A DNA stretch of 64,000 nt from Pristiophorus japonicus (lineage: Eukaryota). The stretch covers positions 227,416,001 through 227,480,000 of the forward strand of contig NC_091984.1 in assembly GCF_044704955.1 (NCBI RefSeq), in the 5' to 3' direction. The translations under genes and the position numbers were made by a program. The notes beneath the pieces were generated by a model. That model was not told the DNA's origin. It made no database searches and saw only the letters and a program-made list of their open reading frames with translations. This document shows, in pieces, positions 22,850 through 35,002 of this stretch (its first letter is position 1; the number at the start of each line of letters is the position of its first letter).

Positions 22850-24012
22850 TCAGCTATGGCTCAGTGGGCCGTACTTTCGCCTATGCCCCACTTTAGAGAC
22901 TTGAGCACAAAAATCTAAGCTGACACATGCAGTGCAGTGCTGAGGGAGTGCTGCACTGTCGGAGGTGACTGTTTTTTGGACGAGACGTTAAACCGAGGCC
23001 CCATCTGCTCTCTCAGGTGGACGTTTAAGATCCCCACGGCACTATTCCAAAGAAGAGCAGGGGACTTCTCCTGGTTGGCCTGGATCAATAATTATCCCTC
23101 AACCAACATCAGCAAAAAAAGATCGGGGCCGAAATTCACCACTCACCGCCCGTTTCCGCCGACATTCCTCCTGAAGACCCGCCCAGTGCCACTTTCGGGG
23201 TGACCAGGAGCGGGCGGGGAGGGGAGAGCTGCCGGGAAGCGCCCGCTGACGTCAGCGGACTGCCGAGCGGCGGTGAATGGCGGTGCAGGCTAGAAGGGCC
23301 GAATGGCCTACTCCTGCACCTATTTTCTATGTTTCTAACTGAGCTCCCGCCCGCCGAGCTCCCAGATTCCTGCGGGCAGGAGTCGGCGGGACTGGGCGGC
23401 AGAACGGGGGGGCGGGCCCGCTGGCCGGAGGCTGGTCTGTCCCTGATGGTGAGTCTGAAGAATCTGAAGAAAAGGTAAGTGGACGTGTAAAAAATTTTTT
23501 TCAACAGCGACTTACCTGCACGGGGTTCCCTGAAGATCTTCCGATAGTTTTTGTATTTTTTATTGGTGTTTTTTTTTCCCCAGCTCTTCGACCCTCCGTG
23601 GGCCCGACTCCATCCTCGGCGGCACTTGGGCGGCAAGTGCCTCTGCCGCTGAGAATGAGACCTCCCGCCCGTTGCCGCCCAGATTGGCTGCGTACGTCGT
23701 CCATTTGCCGCCCGCCGACCCTCGAGGGAGCTCGGCCATGAATATCCCGCCCAAAGTACCGACCGGTACCTCAGCGGCCATCGGCAGCACTTTGGGCGGC
23801 ACTTGGGCGGGCGGGGGCCGTGATGGAAATCGAGCCCATTATCTGGTCATTATCACATTGTTGTTTGTGGGAGCTTGCTGTGCACAAATTGGCTGCCGTG
23901 TTTCCTACATTACAACAGTGACTACACTCCAAAACGTACCTCATTGGCTGTAAAGCGCTTTGGGAAGTCCTGAGGTCATGAACGGTGCTGTACAAATCCA
24001 AGTCTTTCTTTA
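22850..24012 (+). mobile_element. Deu-domain SINE interrupted by MITE 23125-23837
   Basis: Head and core to 23124; resumes ATTATCTGGTCATTATCAC at 23838. Confidence 0.88.
23125..23837. mobile_element. GC-rich MITE (probable PIF/Harbinger non-autonomous), containing a CR1 tail at ~23275-23338
   Basis: Termini GGGGCCGAAATTC / GAAATCGAGCCC; flanks ATC/ATT; clean insertion into a SINE. Confidence 0.75.
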
Positions 24013-24807
24013 CTGTTGGGAGCATCTTGCCTTGTGAAGGCTGGGCTTGTCTCACAGGAGGTATTTCTCACCGGAACCCAAGGAACTGTTGGGTTTTGTA
24101 TCGGGGATGCCCTGGAAGTATCTGTGATCCGTCCAGCCACACTTTGAGCTGGAGAGGGCCATCTACAAATGTCGCTGTGCTATGGAACTGGTTCAGGGCC
24201 TGTTGCCCTATTTTTGAGCGTGGCGGACCTGAGTTGCGGTGCGGGCTTCGTACAGCTTCTCCGCCCCGGGAACGCAGCGCTCTGCCTGCGGCGATTATTC
24301 ACGAAGTCGCACCTGGCCACGGAACATCAGCCCTTCTAATAGCAATGTGAAGAAGACGCTTGCTTCATTACCTAACTCCTGTCATTTATTTTACACTTTT
24401 GTTTCAGTCAGGGCTGATGGTGAAGCCCAAGAGGAAGTGGCCACTGAGCCAATCCCCCAAGGCCGACACACAGCCAAGGCTGTCACCTTCCTCCTTAATC
24501 ATAGATATATTGGTCGAGTATACATACGTCAATTCGTTACCATCTGGCAACCAGTTCCAGTTCAGCGCTGGAAGAGTGCCAACTCTAGACTCAACGCTCT
24601 GCAAACATTAGAAATGAAGTTCAGGACGTTCGCTGGCAGGAGCTGAGCAGATGACGAGCAGCTCAAGGGCTTCAGTCCACACAACAATCGTGCAAATGAG
24701 AACCCAAAGCAGAATGAGTCTTCCTCCTACCTCGTGTCGAGGGATGCCACAGGTGACATCCCTCCCATATTAAAACCGCTCAATCTGCGTCAAATCATGG
24801 ATTCAAT

Positions 24808-25383
24808 GGGGGCCGATTTTGATGAACTTACCGCCCACTGCCGCCCACTGCTGCCCACTGCCGCCGACACCCCTCGGCTCGAACCGTTCAGTGCCACTTT
24901 CGACGTGGCCTGGAGCAGGTGGGAGGGTAGAGCCAAGCGCCCGCCGACGTCAGTAGGCGGACGACGCGCGCAAGTGGGCTCCCGCCCGGGAGTCGGTGAT
25001 GGAACCGCTGCTGCAGGCTGCTCTGTACCTGAGTGGTGAGTGGTTAAAAAAAGGGTAAGTGTAATGTTTTAAAATGATTTCTTTGCAGGGTCTTACCTGG
25101 ACGGGGTTCCCTGAAGGTCGTTGGGTGTTTCTTTTTGTTGGCGCCGATTTTTATTTTTATCTCTTCGACCCTCCCTGGGCCAGACTCCATCCTCGGCGGC
25201 ACTTGGACGGCAAGCGCCTCTGCCGCCGGGAATGAGAGCTCCCGCCCGCTGCCGCCCAGATTGGCGGCGTACTTCAGTGACTTGCTGCCCGCCGACCTTC
25301 GAGGGACCTTGGTGATGAAAACCCCGCCGAAAGTACCGTCCATTACCTTTGGGCGGGCGGAGACTTTGACCAAGTTCGACCCC
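24808..25383. mobile_element. GC-rich MITE, same family as 23125-23837
   Basis: Termini GGGGCCGATTTTG / CAAGTTCGACCCC; shared GACTCCATCCTCGGCGGCACTTGG..GCCGCCCAGATTGGC. Confidence 0.75.
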
Positions 25384-25517
25384 ACAGATACTGACGGCAC
25401 GTCATGCCTGTGCCAGCACTTTGAAAGAGCGATCCAATTCGTCCCACTCCCCCTGCTCTTTCCCCCCCGCAATTTTTTTTTCCTTTTCAAGTACTTATCC
25501 AATTTCCGTGCAGTGCC

Positions 25518-25962
25518 AGCTGTGGCTCAGTGGGTAGCACTCTCGCCTCTGAGTCAGAAGGTTGTGGGCTCAAGTCCCACTTCAGGGACTTGAGCACAAG
25601 ATATCTAAGTTGATGCTCTGAGGGAGCGCTGCACTGTCGGCGATGCTGTTTTTCAGATGAGATGTTAAACCAAGGCCACGTCCCAAAGCACTTTACAGCC
25701 AATGAAGCACTTTTGGAGTGTAATCACTGTTGTAATGTGGGAAACGCGGCAGCCAGATTTGCGCACAGCAAGCTCCCACAAACAGCAATTATGCTAATGA
25801 CCAGATCATCTGTTTTAATGATGCTGATAGACTCCCCAGCCAGGGGAAACACCGGAAATAACTCCCCTGATCTTCTTCGAAATAGTTCGATGGGATCTTT
25901 GACGTCCACTTGTGAGGGCAGTTGGGGCCTCGTTTTAACGTCTCATCCGAAAGACAGCACCT
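25518..25962. mobile_element. Deu-SINE head (+, 25518-25676) joined to Deu-SINE body (-, 25677-25962)
   Basis: GTGGCTCAGTGGGTAGC..GATGTTAAACCAAGG, then ACGTCCCAAAGCACTTTACAGCCAATG..TCTCATCCGAAAGAC. Confidence 0.8.
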
Positions 25963-26037
25963 ACAAAAGCCGTTGAGAATCGGCATTGGTACATATACTT
26001 TTGGCAGTATCTCCTTCGTAGCGATAACTGGTTAAAG

Positions 26038-26636
26038 GACATAAGAACATAAGAACATAAGAATTAGGAACAGGAATAGGCCATCTAGCCCCTAGAGCCT
26101 GCTCCGCCATTCAACAAGATCATGGCTGATCTGGCCGTGGACTCAGCTCCACTTACACGCCCGCTCCCCGTAACCCTTAATTCCCTTATTGGTTAAAAAT
26201 CTATCTATCTGTGACTTGAATGCATTCAATGAGCTAGCCTCAACTGCTTCCTTGGGCAGAGAATTCCACAGATTCACAACCCTCTGGGAGAAGAAATTCC
26301 TTCTCAACTCGGTTTTAAATTGGCTCCCCCATATTTTGAGGCTGTGCCCCCTAGTTCTAGTCTCCCCGACCAGTGGAAACAACCTCTCTGCCTCTATCCT
26401 GTCTATCCCCTTCATGATTTTAAATGTTTCTATAAGATCACCCCTCATCCTTCTGAACTCCAACGAGTAAAGACCCAGTCTGTTCAATCTATCTTCATAA
26501 GGTAACCCTCTCATCTCCGTAATCAGCCTAGTGAATTGTCTCTGTACCCCTTCCAAAGCTAGTATATCCTTCCTTAAGTAAGGTGACCAAAACTGCATGC
26601 AGTACTCCAGGTGCGGCCTCACTAATACCCTATACA
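26038..26636 (-). mobile_element. Young CR1 3' fragment
   Basis: Open 159-aa RPHLEYC..LWNSLP ORF; (CATAAGAA)3 tail. Confidence 0.95.
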
Positions 26637-27094
26637 GGATTTTGGTTGCGCATCAGGGGGTGTCCCTATTAAGACGCTCCTATGGCACTTAGTCCTTTTT
26701 TTAACTTGCGTAATTCTCTGATGCTGGCTCCTCTGCATTATGGTTTGTGCAGGCAGACTCTACACCAGGATACACCAGGTCATGACAGGAGGGAAGCCAG
26801 CACTCTGCAAAACCTTGTCACAAATCCGTCCAGTGCATCACTTTCTCTGCTGTGTAAGATCGAATGGAGCCCGTCCTTAAGTTGCGCGTTTGCAGTTATC
26901 TGGAAGTTCCCTGTGTCCCAAGTTTAGAAGGAAAGTCTAGGCTCAAGATATTCAACTCCTCAGTCCTCGGCTTTATTGCTGTTAAATCACACCGGCCACA
27001 CAGTAAAAGTTTCCATGTGGACGTTTTCCACTTGCTATTTAGCATCCATTAAGTGCCGTGATGTGACCATTATAAGCCTTTTATTGCCGCATTG

Positions 27095-27490
27095 AAGAAA
27101 GACTTGCATTTATATAGCGCCTTTCACGACTACCAGACTTCTCAAGGTGCTTTGCAGCCAATGTGCTACCTTTTGGAGTGTAGTCACAGTTGCAATGTGG
27201 GAAACACGGCAGCCAACTTATGCACAGCTAGCTCCCACAAACTGCAATGCGATAATGACCAGAAAATCTGTTTTTTTGTTATGTTGATTGAGGGATAAAT
27301 ATTGGCCCAGGAGACCATGGATAACTCCCCTGCTCTTCTTCGAAAAAGTGCCACAGGATCTTTTGCGTCCACCTGAGAGGGCAGGCGGGGCCTCGGTTTA
27401 ACATCTCATCTGAAAGACGGCACCTCCGACAGTGCAGCACTCCCTCAGCACTGTACTGGGAGTGTCAGCCTAGACTGAGGTGCTCAAGTT
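27095..27490 (-). mobile_element. Deu-domain SINE
   Basis: AAGACTTGCATTTATATAGCGCC..CCGACAGTGCAGCACTCCCTCAG..GTGCTCAAG. Confidence 0.88.
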
Positions 27491-27766
27491 CACGATGCTC
27501 TATGCCACCAGCTAAACCATATGAGGTCACCGGAAGTCTAGAGTTTGCCTTTAGTTCATAGGGAAGTCTGGGGCTCAGTTTACGAAGTGCCTGGCACGCT
27601 TGTGGAACTGGGCCGTAAAGATCGGGAGCACCCCAGGTATGGTCCCAGTCAGTGCAGAGTGATCTGATCTCACCATGGGGTGCGAGAGTTGGATCCGAGG
27701 CTTAGAGAGGGAAAAATAGGAGGAGATGGGAAGTAGAGAGTCAAAAAGTATTTTGTCAATTATAGT

Positions 27767-28366
27767 CGGTTTGCCAACCCTCCAGGATTAGAACACAAGA
27801 AAGAGCAGGCCATTCGGCCCCTCGATTCTGCTCCGCCGTTCAATGAGATCATGGCTGATCTTCGACATCAACTCCACTTTCCCGCACTATCCTCATATCC
27901 CTTGATTCCCTTAATATCCAAAAATAGAGCGATCTCTGTCTTGAATATGCTCAAAGACTGAGCCCAACTGCTCTCTGGGGGAGAGAATTCCAAAGATTCA
28001 CCACCCTCTGAGTGAAGACATTTCTCCTCAACTCGGTCCTAAATGGCCAAACCCTTATTCTGAGACTGTAACCCCTGGTTCTAGACTCCCCAGCCAGAGG
28101 AAACATCCTCCTCGCATCTACCCTGTCAAGATTGCTTTGGAATATCAAGCAACTAAAGAATAATCTTCTGGATACTGTTGAAATGCAAGAAAAATCATAG
28201 GGGCGTGAGAAAATGTACTTCCTTTGTTTCATTTTCTTTGAACACTATTGTTATTAAAATTTTGAACCTGGAGGGGAAAAATGCTGTTTGATTGGGAGGG
28301 GCTGTTGGAAAGGGAGGTCATGTGATGAAACCTCCAGAAATGCGTCCACTCAAAGTTGGCAACCCG
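27767..28366. mobile_element. hAT-like MITE split by a CR1 fragment (27790-28128, minus)
   Basis: Ends GGTTTGCCAAC / GTTGGCAACCC; related end CCTGGAGGGTTGGCAACCC at ~52325-52342; GATT repeated around the CR1. Confidence 0.55.
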
Positions 28367-28495
28367 AACTCTGAGTCTGGATTGACACATTATGGGATGG
28401 CCACTTGGGTGAGGAGTCGTCAAGTGTCTGATTGACTGCTGTCAGCACGTATCATCATCTTCAGGGGGAAATATTGGAGAACAATAACAGCAACT

Positions 28496-28780
28496 TCATA
28501 GAATCATAAAAACTTAATGCACAGAAGGAGGCCATTCGGCCCATCGTGTCCGTGCCGGTCGACAAAGCGGTATCCAGCCTAATCCCACTTTCTAGCTCTT
28601 GGGCCGTTAGCCCTGTAGGTTACGGCACATCAAGTGCACATCAAATGCGATGAGGGTTTCTGTCTCTACCACCCTTTCAGGCAGTGAGTTCCAGAGCCCC
28701 ACTACCCTCTGGGTGAAAACATTTCTCCTCAACTCCCTTCTGTCAATTACTTTAAATCTATGCCCCCTGGTTAATGATCT
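28496..28780 (-). mobile_element. CR1 3' fragment (CATAGAAT-tail subfamily)
   Basis: CATAGAATCATA tail; GGCAGTGAGTTCCAGA..CCCTCTGGGTGAA. Confidence 0.85.
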
Positions 28781-28788
28781 TTTACATT

Positions 28789-30222
28789 TGCTGTGGCTCA
28801 GTGGGTAGCACTCTCATCTCTGAGTCAGAAGGTTGTGGGTTCAAGTCCCACTCCAGAGACTTGAGCATAAAAATCTAGGCTGGCACACCAGTGCAGTGCT
28901 GAGGGAGTGCCGCACGTCGGAGGTGTTGTTTTTTGGATGAGACATTAAACCGAGGCCCCGTATGCTCTCTCAGGTGGATGTAAAAGATCCCATGGCACTA
29001 TTTTGAAGAGCAGGGGAGTTATCCTCGGTGTCCTGGCCAATATTTATCCCTCAATCAACATAACAAAAAACAGATTATCTGGTCATTATCACATTGCTGT
29101 TTGTTGTGCGTGAATTAGCTGCCGCGTTTCCCACATTACAACAGCAACTACACTCCAAAATCATAGAATCATCGAAATTTACAGCACGGAAGGAGGACAT
29201 TTCGGCCCATCGGATTCGCGCCGGCCGACCAAGAGCTACCCAGCCTAATCCCACTTTCCATCTCTCGATCCGTAGCCCTGTAAGTTATGGCACTTTAAGT
29301 GCACATCCAAGTATCTTTTAAATGTGATGAGGGTTTCTGCCTCTGCCACCCTTTCAGGCAGTGAGTTCCAGACCCCCACCACCCTCTGGGTAAAGAAATT
29401 TCCCCTTATATCTCCTCTAAACCTCACCCCTTTACTTTATATCTATGCTCCCTGGTTGTTGACCCCCTCTGCCAAGGGAAACAGGTCCTTCCTATCCACT
29501 CTATCCAGACCCCTCATAATTTTATACGTCTCAATCAGGTCTCCCCTCAGCCTCCTCTGTTCTAAAGAGAACAAACCCAGCATCTCCAATCTTTCCTCAT
29601 AGCCAAAATTCTCCAGTTCAGGCAACATTCTTGTAAATCTCCTCTGCACTCTTTCCAGTGCAATCACATCTTTCCTGTAATGAGGTGACCAAAACATCAC
29701 ACAGTACTCCGGCTGTGGCATAACCAGTGGTTTATACAGTTCAAGCATAACCTCCTTGCTCTTGTATTCCATGCCTCGACTAATAAAGGCAAATATTCCA
29801 TATGCCTTCTTAACCACCTTATCTACCTGGCCGGCTACCTTTAGGGATCTGTGGACCTGCACTCCAAGGTCCTTTTGTTCCTTAATACTTTTCAGTGTCG
29901 TACCATTTAATGTGTATTCCCTTGCCTTGTAGACCTCCCCAAATACATAACCTCACACTTATCCAAATTGAATTCCATTTGCCTCTGTTCTGCCCACCTG
30001 ACGAGTACATTGATATCTTCCTGCAGTCCGCAGCGTTTGTCTTCATTATCAACCACACAGCCTATTTTAGTGTCATCTACAAACTTCTTAATCATACCCC
30101 AACATTTAAGTCCAACTCATTGATATAAACCACAAAAGTACTTAATTGGCTGTAAAGCGCTTTGGGATGTCTGGTGGACGTGAAAGGTACTATATAAATG
30201 CAAGTCTTTCTTTTCTTTCTTT
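28789..30222 (+). mobile_element. Deu-domain SINE split by CR1 29161-30131
   Basis: SINE to CACTCCAAAA (29160), resumes CAAAAGTACTTAATTGGCTG at ~30133. Confidence 0.88.
29161..30131 (-). mobile_element. CR1 3' fragment with RT C-half
   Basis: IKKFVDDTKIG..KCEVM; PQPEYCV..LERVQRRFTRM; RGNFFTQRVV. Confidence 0.93.
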
Positions 30223-30724
30223 AGCGTAATAAAACGTCCCAAAGTAAAAGTCCCAGAAAAAACATCTATTATTCTGCTCTACTTATCAAAATATATTGAG
30301 GCCTTCCCACTGTCGTCCTTTCCTTTGAGCTACAACGTGGACAAATATTCTTTCTGTCTACCCTGCAACATGTCCTAGAAATGCTGAGTACAATCGTGAT
30401 AACAGAAATAAAGCATTTAATTCTTTAGAGTGACAGGTGGTGATTTTGCAACTTAGTACTGCAGTGAATCAACACATAATGGTCTGATTCCAAAATGCAT
30501 TGTAACTGTAAAACATAAATCAGCTGTGGAATAAATAGGATATTGGGCTTGCTGACAGTTGCAGCCGTTTCTTTCTCCTACTCCTGTGAATGAGTCCATC
30601 GTGTCTGCAGAGTCTTGAGTTATAGGGCCTCTCACATGTTGGAGAGAACTTTACTGATGCATCATCACCAACGCACTATCCTGCACTTAAATTTTTAACA
30701 AATCACCCTTGCAATGGCTGTGCC

Positions 30725-31100
30725 ATATGTATAAGATTCTGAGGGGGCTTGACAGGGTGGATGCAGAGAGGATGTTTTCCCTCGTGGGGAAATCTAGAAC
30801 TAGGGGGCATAGTTTCAGAATAAGGGGTCGCCCATTTAAGACAGAGATGAGGAGGAATTTCTTCTCTCAGAGGGTTGTGAATCTGTGAAATTCTCTCCCC
30901 TAGAGAGCTGTGGAGGCTGGGTCATTGAATATATTCAAGGCTGAGATAGACAGATTCTTGAACTATAGGGGAGTCAAAGGTTATGGGGAGCGGGTAGGGA
31001 AGTGGAGTTGACGCCCTAATCAGAAGAGCATGATCTTATTGAATGGCAGAGCAGGCTCAAGGGGTCAAATGGACTACTCCTGCTCCTAGTTCTTATGTTC
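30725..31100 (+). mobile_element. CR1 3' fragment
   Basis: YKILRGLDRVDAERMF-type coding end and tail. Confidence 0.88.
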
Positions 31101-31289
31101 ATACTTCCTCATCTGGCTTATCTTATAGGATCTTAGACACCCTCATAGCTCTCCTGGTGGCACTGCACAGTGTAGTGCTAAATCGTATAGGCCAGAAGAT
31201 CTTGGGCTCAGCTCCCAGTTGCTTGAACATTTGGGCTGCCACAACATGCTTCAGGAGGTAGAAGAGGGAGGGAGGAGAAAATTAGATTA

Positions 31290-32616
31290 GAAACATAGAA
31301 ACATAGAAAATAGATGCAGGAGTAGGCCATTCAGCCCTTCGAGCCTGCACCATTCAATAAGATCATGGCTGATCATTCCTTCAGTACCCCTTTCCTGCTT
31401 TCTCTCCATACCTCTTGATCCCCTTAACCATAAGGGCCATATCTAATTTCCTCTTGAATATATCCAGTGAACTGGCATTAACAACTCTCTGCGGTAGGGA
31501 ATTCCACAGGTTAACAACTCTCTGAGTGAAGAAGTTTCTCCTCATCTCAGTCCTAAATGGCCTATCCCTTATCTGAAGACTATGTCCCCTGGTTCTGGAC
31601 TTCCCCAACATCGGGAACATTCTTCCCACATCTAATCTGTCCAGTCCCGTCAGAATCTTATACGTTTCTATGAGATCCCCTCTCATCCTTCTAAACTCCA
31701 GTGAATATAGGCCCAGTTGATCCAGTCTCTCCTCATATAACAGCCTAGCCATCCCTGGAATCAGTCTGGTGAACCTTCGTTGCACTCACTCAATAGCTAG
31801 AACATCCTTCCTCAGATTAGGAGACCAAAACTGAACACAATATTCCAGGTAAGGCCTCACTAAGGCCCTGTACAACTGCATTAAGACCTTCCTGCTTCTA
31901 TATTCAAATCCTCGAACTAGAAGGCCAACATACCATTTGACTTCTTTACCGCCTGCTGTACCTGCATGCCAACCTTCAAAGACTGATGAACCATGACACC
32001 CAGGTCTCGTTGCACCTCCCCTTTTCCTAGTCTGCCGCCATTCAGATAATATTCTGCCTTCGTGTTTTTGCCCCCAAAATGGATAACCTCACATTTATCC
32101 ACATTATACTGCATCTGCCATGCATTTGCCCACTCACCTAACCTGTCCAAGTCACCCGGCAGCCTCTTAGCGTCCTCCTCACAGTTCGCACCGCCAACCA
32201 GTTTAGTGTCATCCGCAAACTTGGAGATATTACACTCAATTCCTTCATCTAAATCGTTAATGTGTATTGTAAAGAGCTGGGGTCCCAGCACTGAGCCCTG
32301 CGGCACCCCACTAGTTACTGCCTGCCATTCTGAAAAGGACCCGTTTATTCCGATTCTCTGCTTCCTGTCTGCCAACCAGTTCTCTATCCACGTCAGTACA
32401 TTACCCCCCAAACCATGTGCTTTGATTTTGCACACCAATCTCTTGTGCGGGACCTTGTCAAAAGCCTTTTGAAAGTCCAAATACACGACATCCACTGGTT
32501 CTCCCTTGTCCACTCTGCTAGTTACATCCTCAAAATATTCCAGAAGATTCATCAAGCATGATTTCCCTTTCATAAATCCATGCTGACTTGGTCCGATCCT
32601 GTCACTGCTTTCCAAA
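31290..32616 (-). mobile_element. CR1 3' 1.3 kb with RT domain
   Basis: ORF 31917-32615 [29 protein letters not shown]; ORF 31381-31785; (AGAAACAT)n tail. Confidence 0.96.
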
Positions 32617-32644
32617 TTGGGTTCCTGCTACTCAAAGTGCCTGC

Positions 32645-33205
32645 TTGGCTCAGTTGGTTGCACTCGTGCCTCTGAATTTGAAAATTGATCAAGCCCCATT
32701 ATAGGACTTGAGCACATAATCCAGGCTGACACTTCAGTGTGGTATGTAGGAACAGAAGGATGCCATTGAGTCCCTCGAGCCTGTTCTGCTATTTAATGAG
32801 ATTGTGGCTGATCTGTGACCTAACTCCACATGGGGCCTTTTCCTCATATCCCTCAATACCTAGACTACCCAACCGTACTTCGTTGTCGGAGGTGCATCAG
32901 ATGTTAAACCGAGGTTCCATCTGCTTGTTCAGGTGGATGTAAAAGATCCCATAGCACTATTTCGAAGAAGAACAGGGACTTCCCTTGATGTCCTGGGCAA
33001 CATTTATCTTTCACTCAACAGCACCAAAAACAGATGACTTTATCTCATTGCTGTTTGTGGGATCTTGCTGTGTGTAAATTGGCTGCTACGCTTGCCTACA
33101 TAATAATAGTCGTTGCACTTCAAAAGTCATCTCTTGGCTGCGAAGCACTTTCGGACATTATGAGGATGTGAAAGGCGCTATATAGATGCAATTTCTTTCT
33201 TTTTT
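32645..33205 (+). mobile_element. Older Deu-domain SINE with embedded CR1 tail
   Basis: TGGCTCAGTTGG head, Deu core at 32895-33000, AGGCGCTATATAGATGCAA tail; minus-strand CR1 tail ~32740-32860. Confidence 0.75.
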
Positions 33206-33419
33206 GCCCAGCGACCCCTGCTGAAATGTGTAGGGGCACAGAGGACAAGATCAGTGTGGGCTGTGATGCTCTCCGTGCCCAGAAATCCGACAACACTGTC
33301 TGGATTTGCACTCGACCGAGATACTGGAGAGTTGCTGGTGTCTGAGGAACTGGCCCTCAGCTCCTTAGCGAGCGAACGGGAGAATACTGGAAAGTAAAAA
33401 GCAAAGATCTCTCAATAAA

Positions 33420-34148
33420 AAAGAAAGACTTGCATTTATATAGCGCCCTTCACGACCATCAGACTTCTCAAAGCACTTTACAGCCAATGAAGTACTTTTG
33501 AAGTGTAGTCACTGTTGGAATGTAGGAAACGTGGCAGCCACTTTGTGCACAGCAAGCTCCCAAACACAGCAATGTGATAATGACCAGATAATCTTTTTTT
33601 TTATTATTATGTTGATTGAAGAATAAATATTGGCCAGGACACCAGGGATAACTCCCCTGCCCTTCTTTGCGAGAGCAGATGGGGCCTCGGTTTAATGTCT
33701 CATCCGAAAGACAGCACCTCCGACAGTGCAGCACTCCCTCAGCAATGCATCATCATCATAGGCAGTCCCTCAAAACGAGGATGACTTGCTTCCATGCCAA
33801 AAAAAGGATGAGTTCACAGGTGTTTCAATGAAGGACCTATTATTTCATGTCCTGAACTACATCCTGAAGGGTGGAAGATGCTTATGTATGGAATTTTTTA
33901 ACATGCAGTGGCCATTACACACTAGCCACCACATGGGCTTGACAGAGCTAGGTCTCGGTCCAGTGGAAAGGGTTATCCAAGACGACTGGAGACCAGTTCT
34001 GCTGCACGGACCTAGTAATGTCTACAATCAGCAATGCAATAGAGTGTCAGTCTAGATATTTTTTGCACTTAAGTCCCTGGAGTGGACTTGAACCCCCAAC
34101 TTTCTGACTCAGAGGCTAGTGTGCTACCCACTGAGCCACAGCTGGCAC
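33420..34148 (-). mobile_element. Deu-domain SINE split by an RTE-tailed element
   Basis: Tail at 33420, head GCTACCCACTGAGCCACAGC at ~34123-34142. Confidence 0.85.
33750..34027 (-). mobile_element. Non-autonomous RTE-tailed retroelement, 5'-truncated
   Basis: 3' end TGGAAGCAAGTCATCCTCG..GAGGGACTGCCT(ATG)n; 11-bp TSD TCAGCAATGCA (33739-33749, 34028-34038). Confidence 0.85.
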
Positions 34149-35002
34149 TGCCATTATGTCATCGAACCATCAATGTATTGTCGTTTCCATGCAGCAGTCA
34201 CCGAAGGCTGTCTCGGATTCTGAAATTGGAGCCTGCGCCCTAATAGAATTTGAAATTTGCAGCATCTAATTAGGAAAAACCCACAGCGATCTCTGAGTTA
34301 CAGAGCTGTGCCCATTTTCAGAAATGATTTAATGGAAATTCGCCATTTAATATCGAGATATATTGATGGAAAAGCGCAATTATTTATTTCCTGTTTTGTA
34401 ATTAATTGATGGTGATTTATTTGAGTATTATCCAATTATTTATTTGCGAAACTTTTTTCTTCCACTCTGCATCAGTCTATGCGCTCACCAGAACCCAATG
34501 CAACATGAATTACAACAGGCAAGAGAGAGAAATATTCCCATTATACTGAGTGACACCCAACGCTTGGTTATGAAGACAGATCTCATTAAAGTAATAGTGG
34601 GTGAATGAAAACACATCAAGTTTTTTTCTGCCTTATCTTGAAAGCAGTCTTTCTTCAGGAGACAAGAGTCCCAACGCTGTGTGAGTTCGTATTTAAATAA
34701 CGCAATCTACATAATCCCATACCAGATTGCACCTATATGAAAGAAGCCGATTTATCACATCTGTTATGGAGCATTACTGATGCAGCACTAATATGACTGG
34801 ATTTTAGCAAAAGATTATAAAGAAAAGCATTGATTAGACACAAGAGAAATAGTTGTATATAGTTTGTTTTTAATGAGGCCTAAAAGGATTAATCACAACA
34901 GCAGCCCTGTTCTTGAGTATGTCTGTATGTAGGAAACTAACATTGTATAATATACTATGACCATATTTAGTATTGCCCCATCTGATGGAAAGACACCAAC
35001 AG

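Larger units (their letters stand above)
22575..24517 (+). repeat. Local direct duplication of a ~205-bp block (22575-22782 and 24313-24517)
   Basis: ACGGAACATCAGCCCTTCTAATAGC..TTTTACACTTTTGTTTCAGTCAGGGC..CAAGGCCGACACACAGCCAAGGCTGTCA in both copies. Confidence 0.9.
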
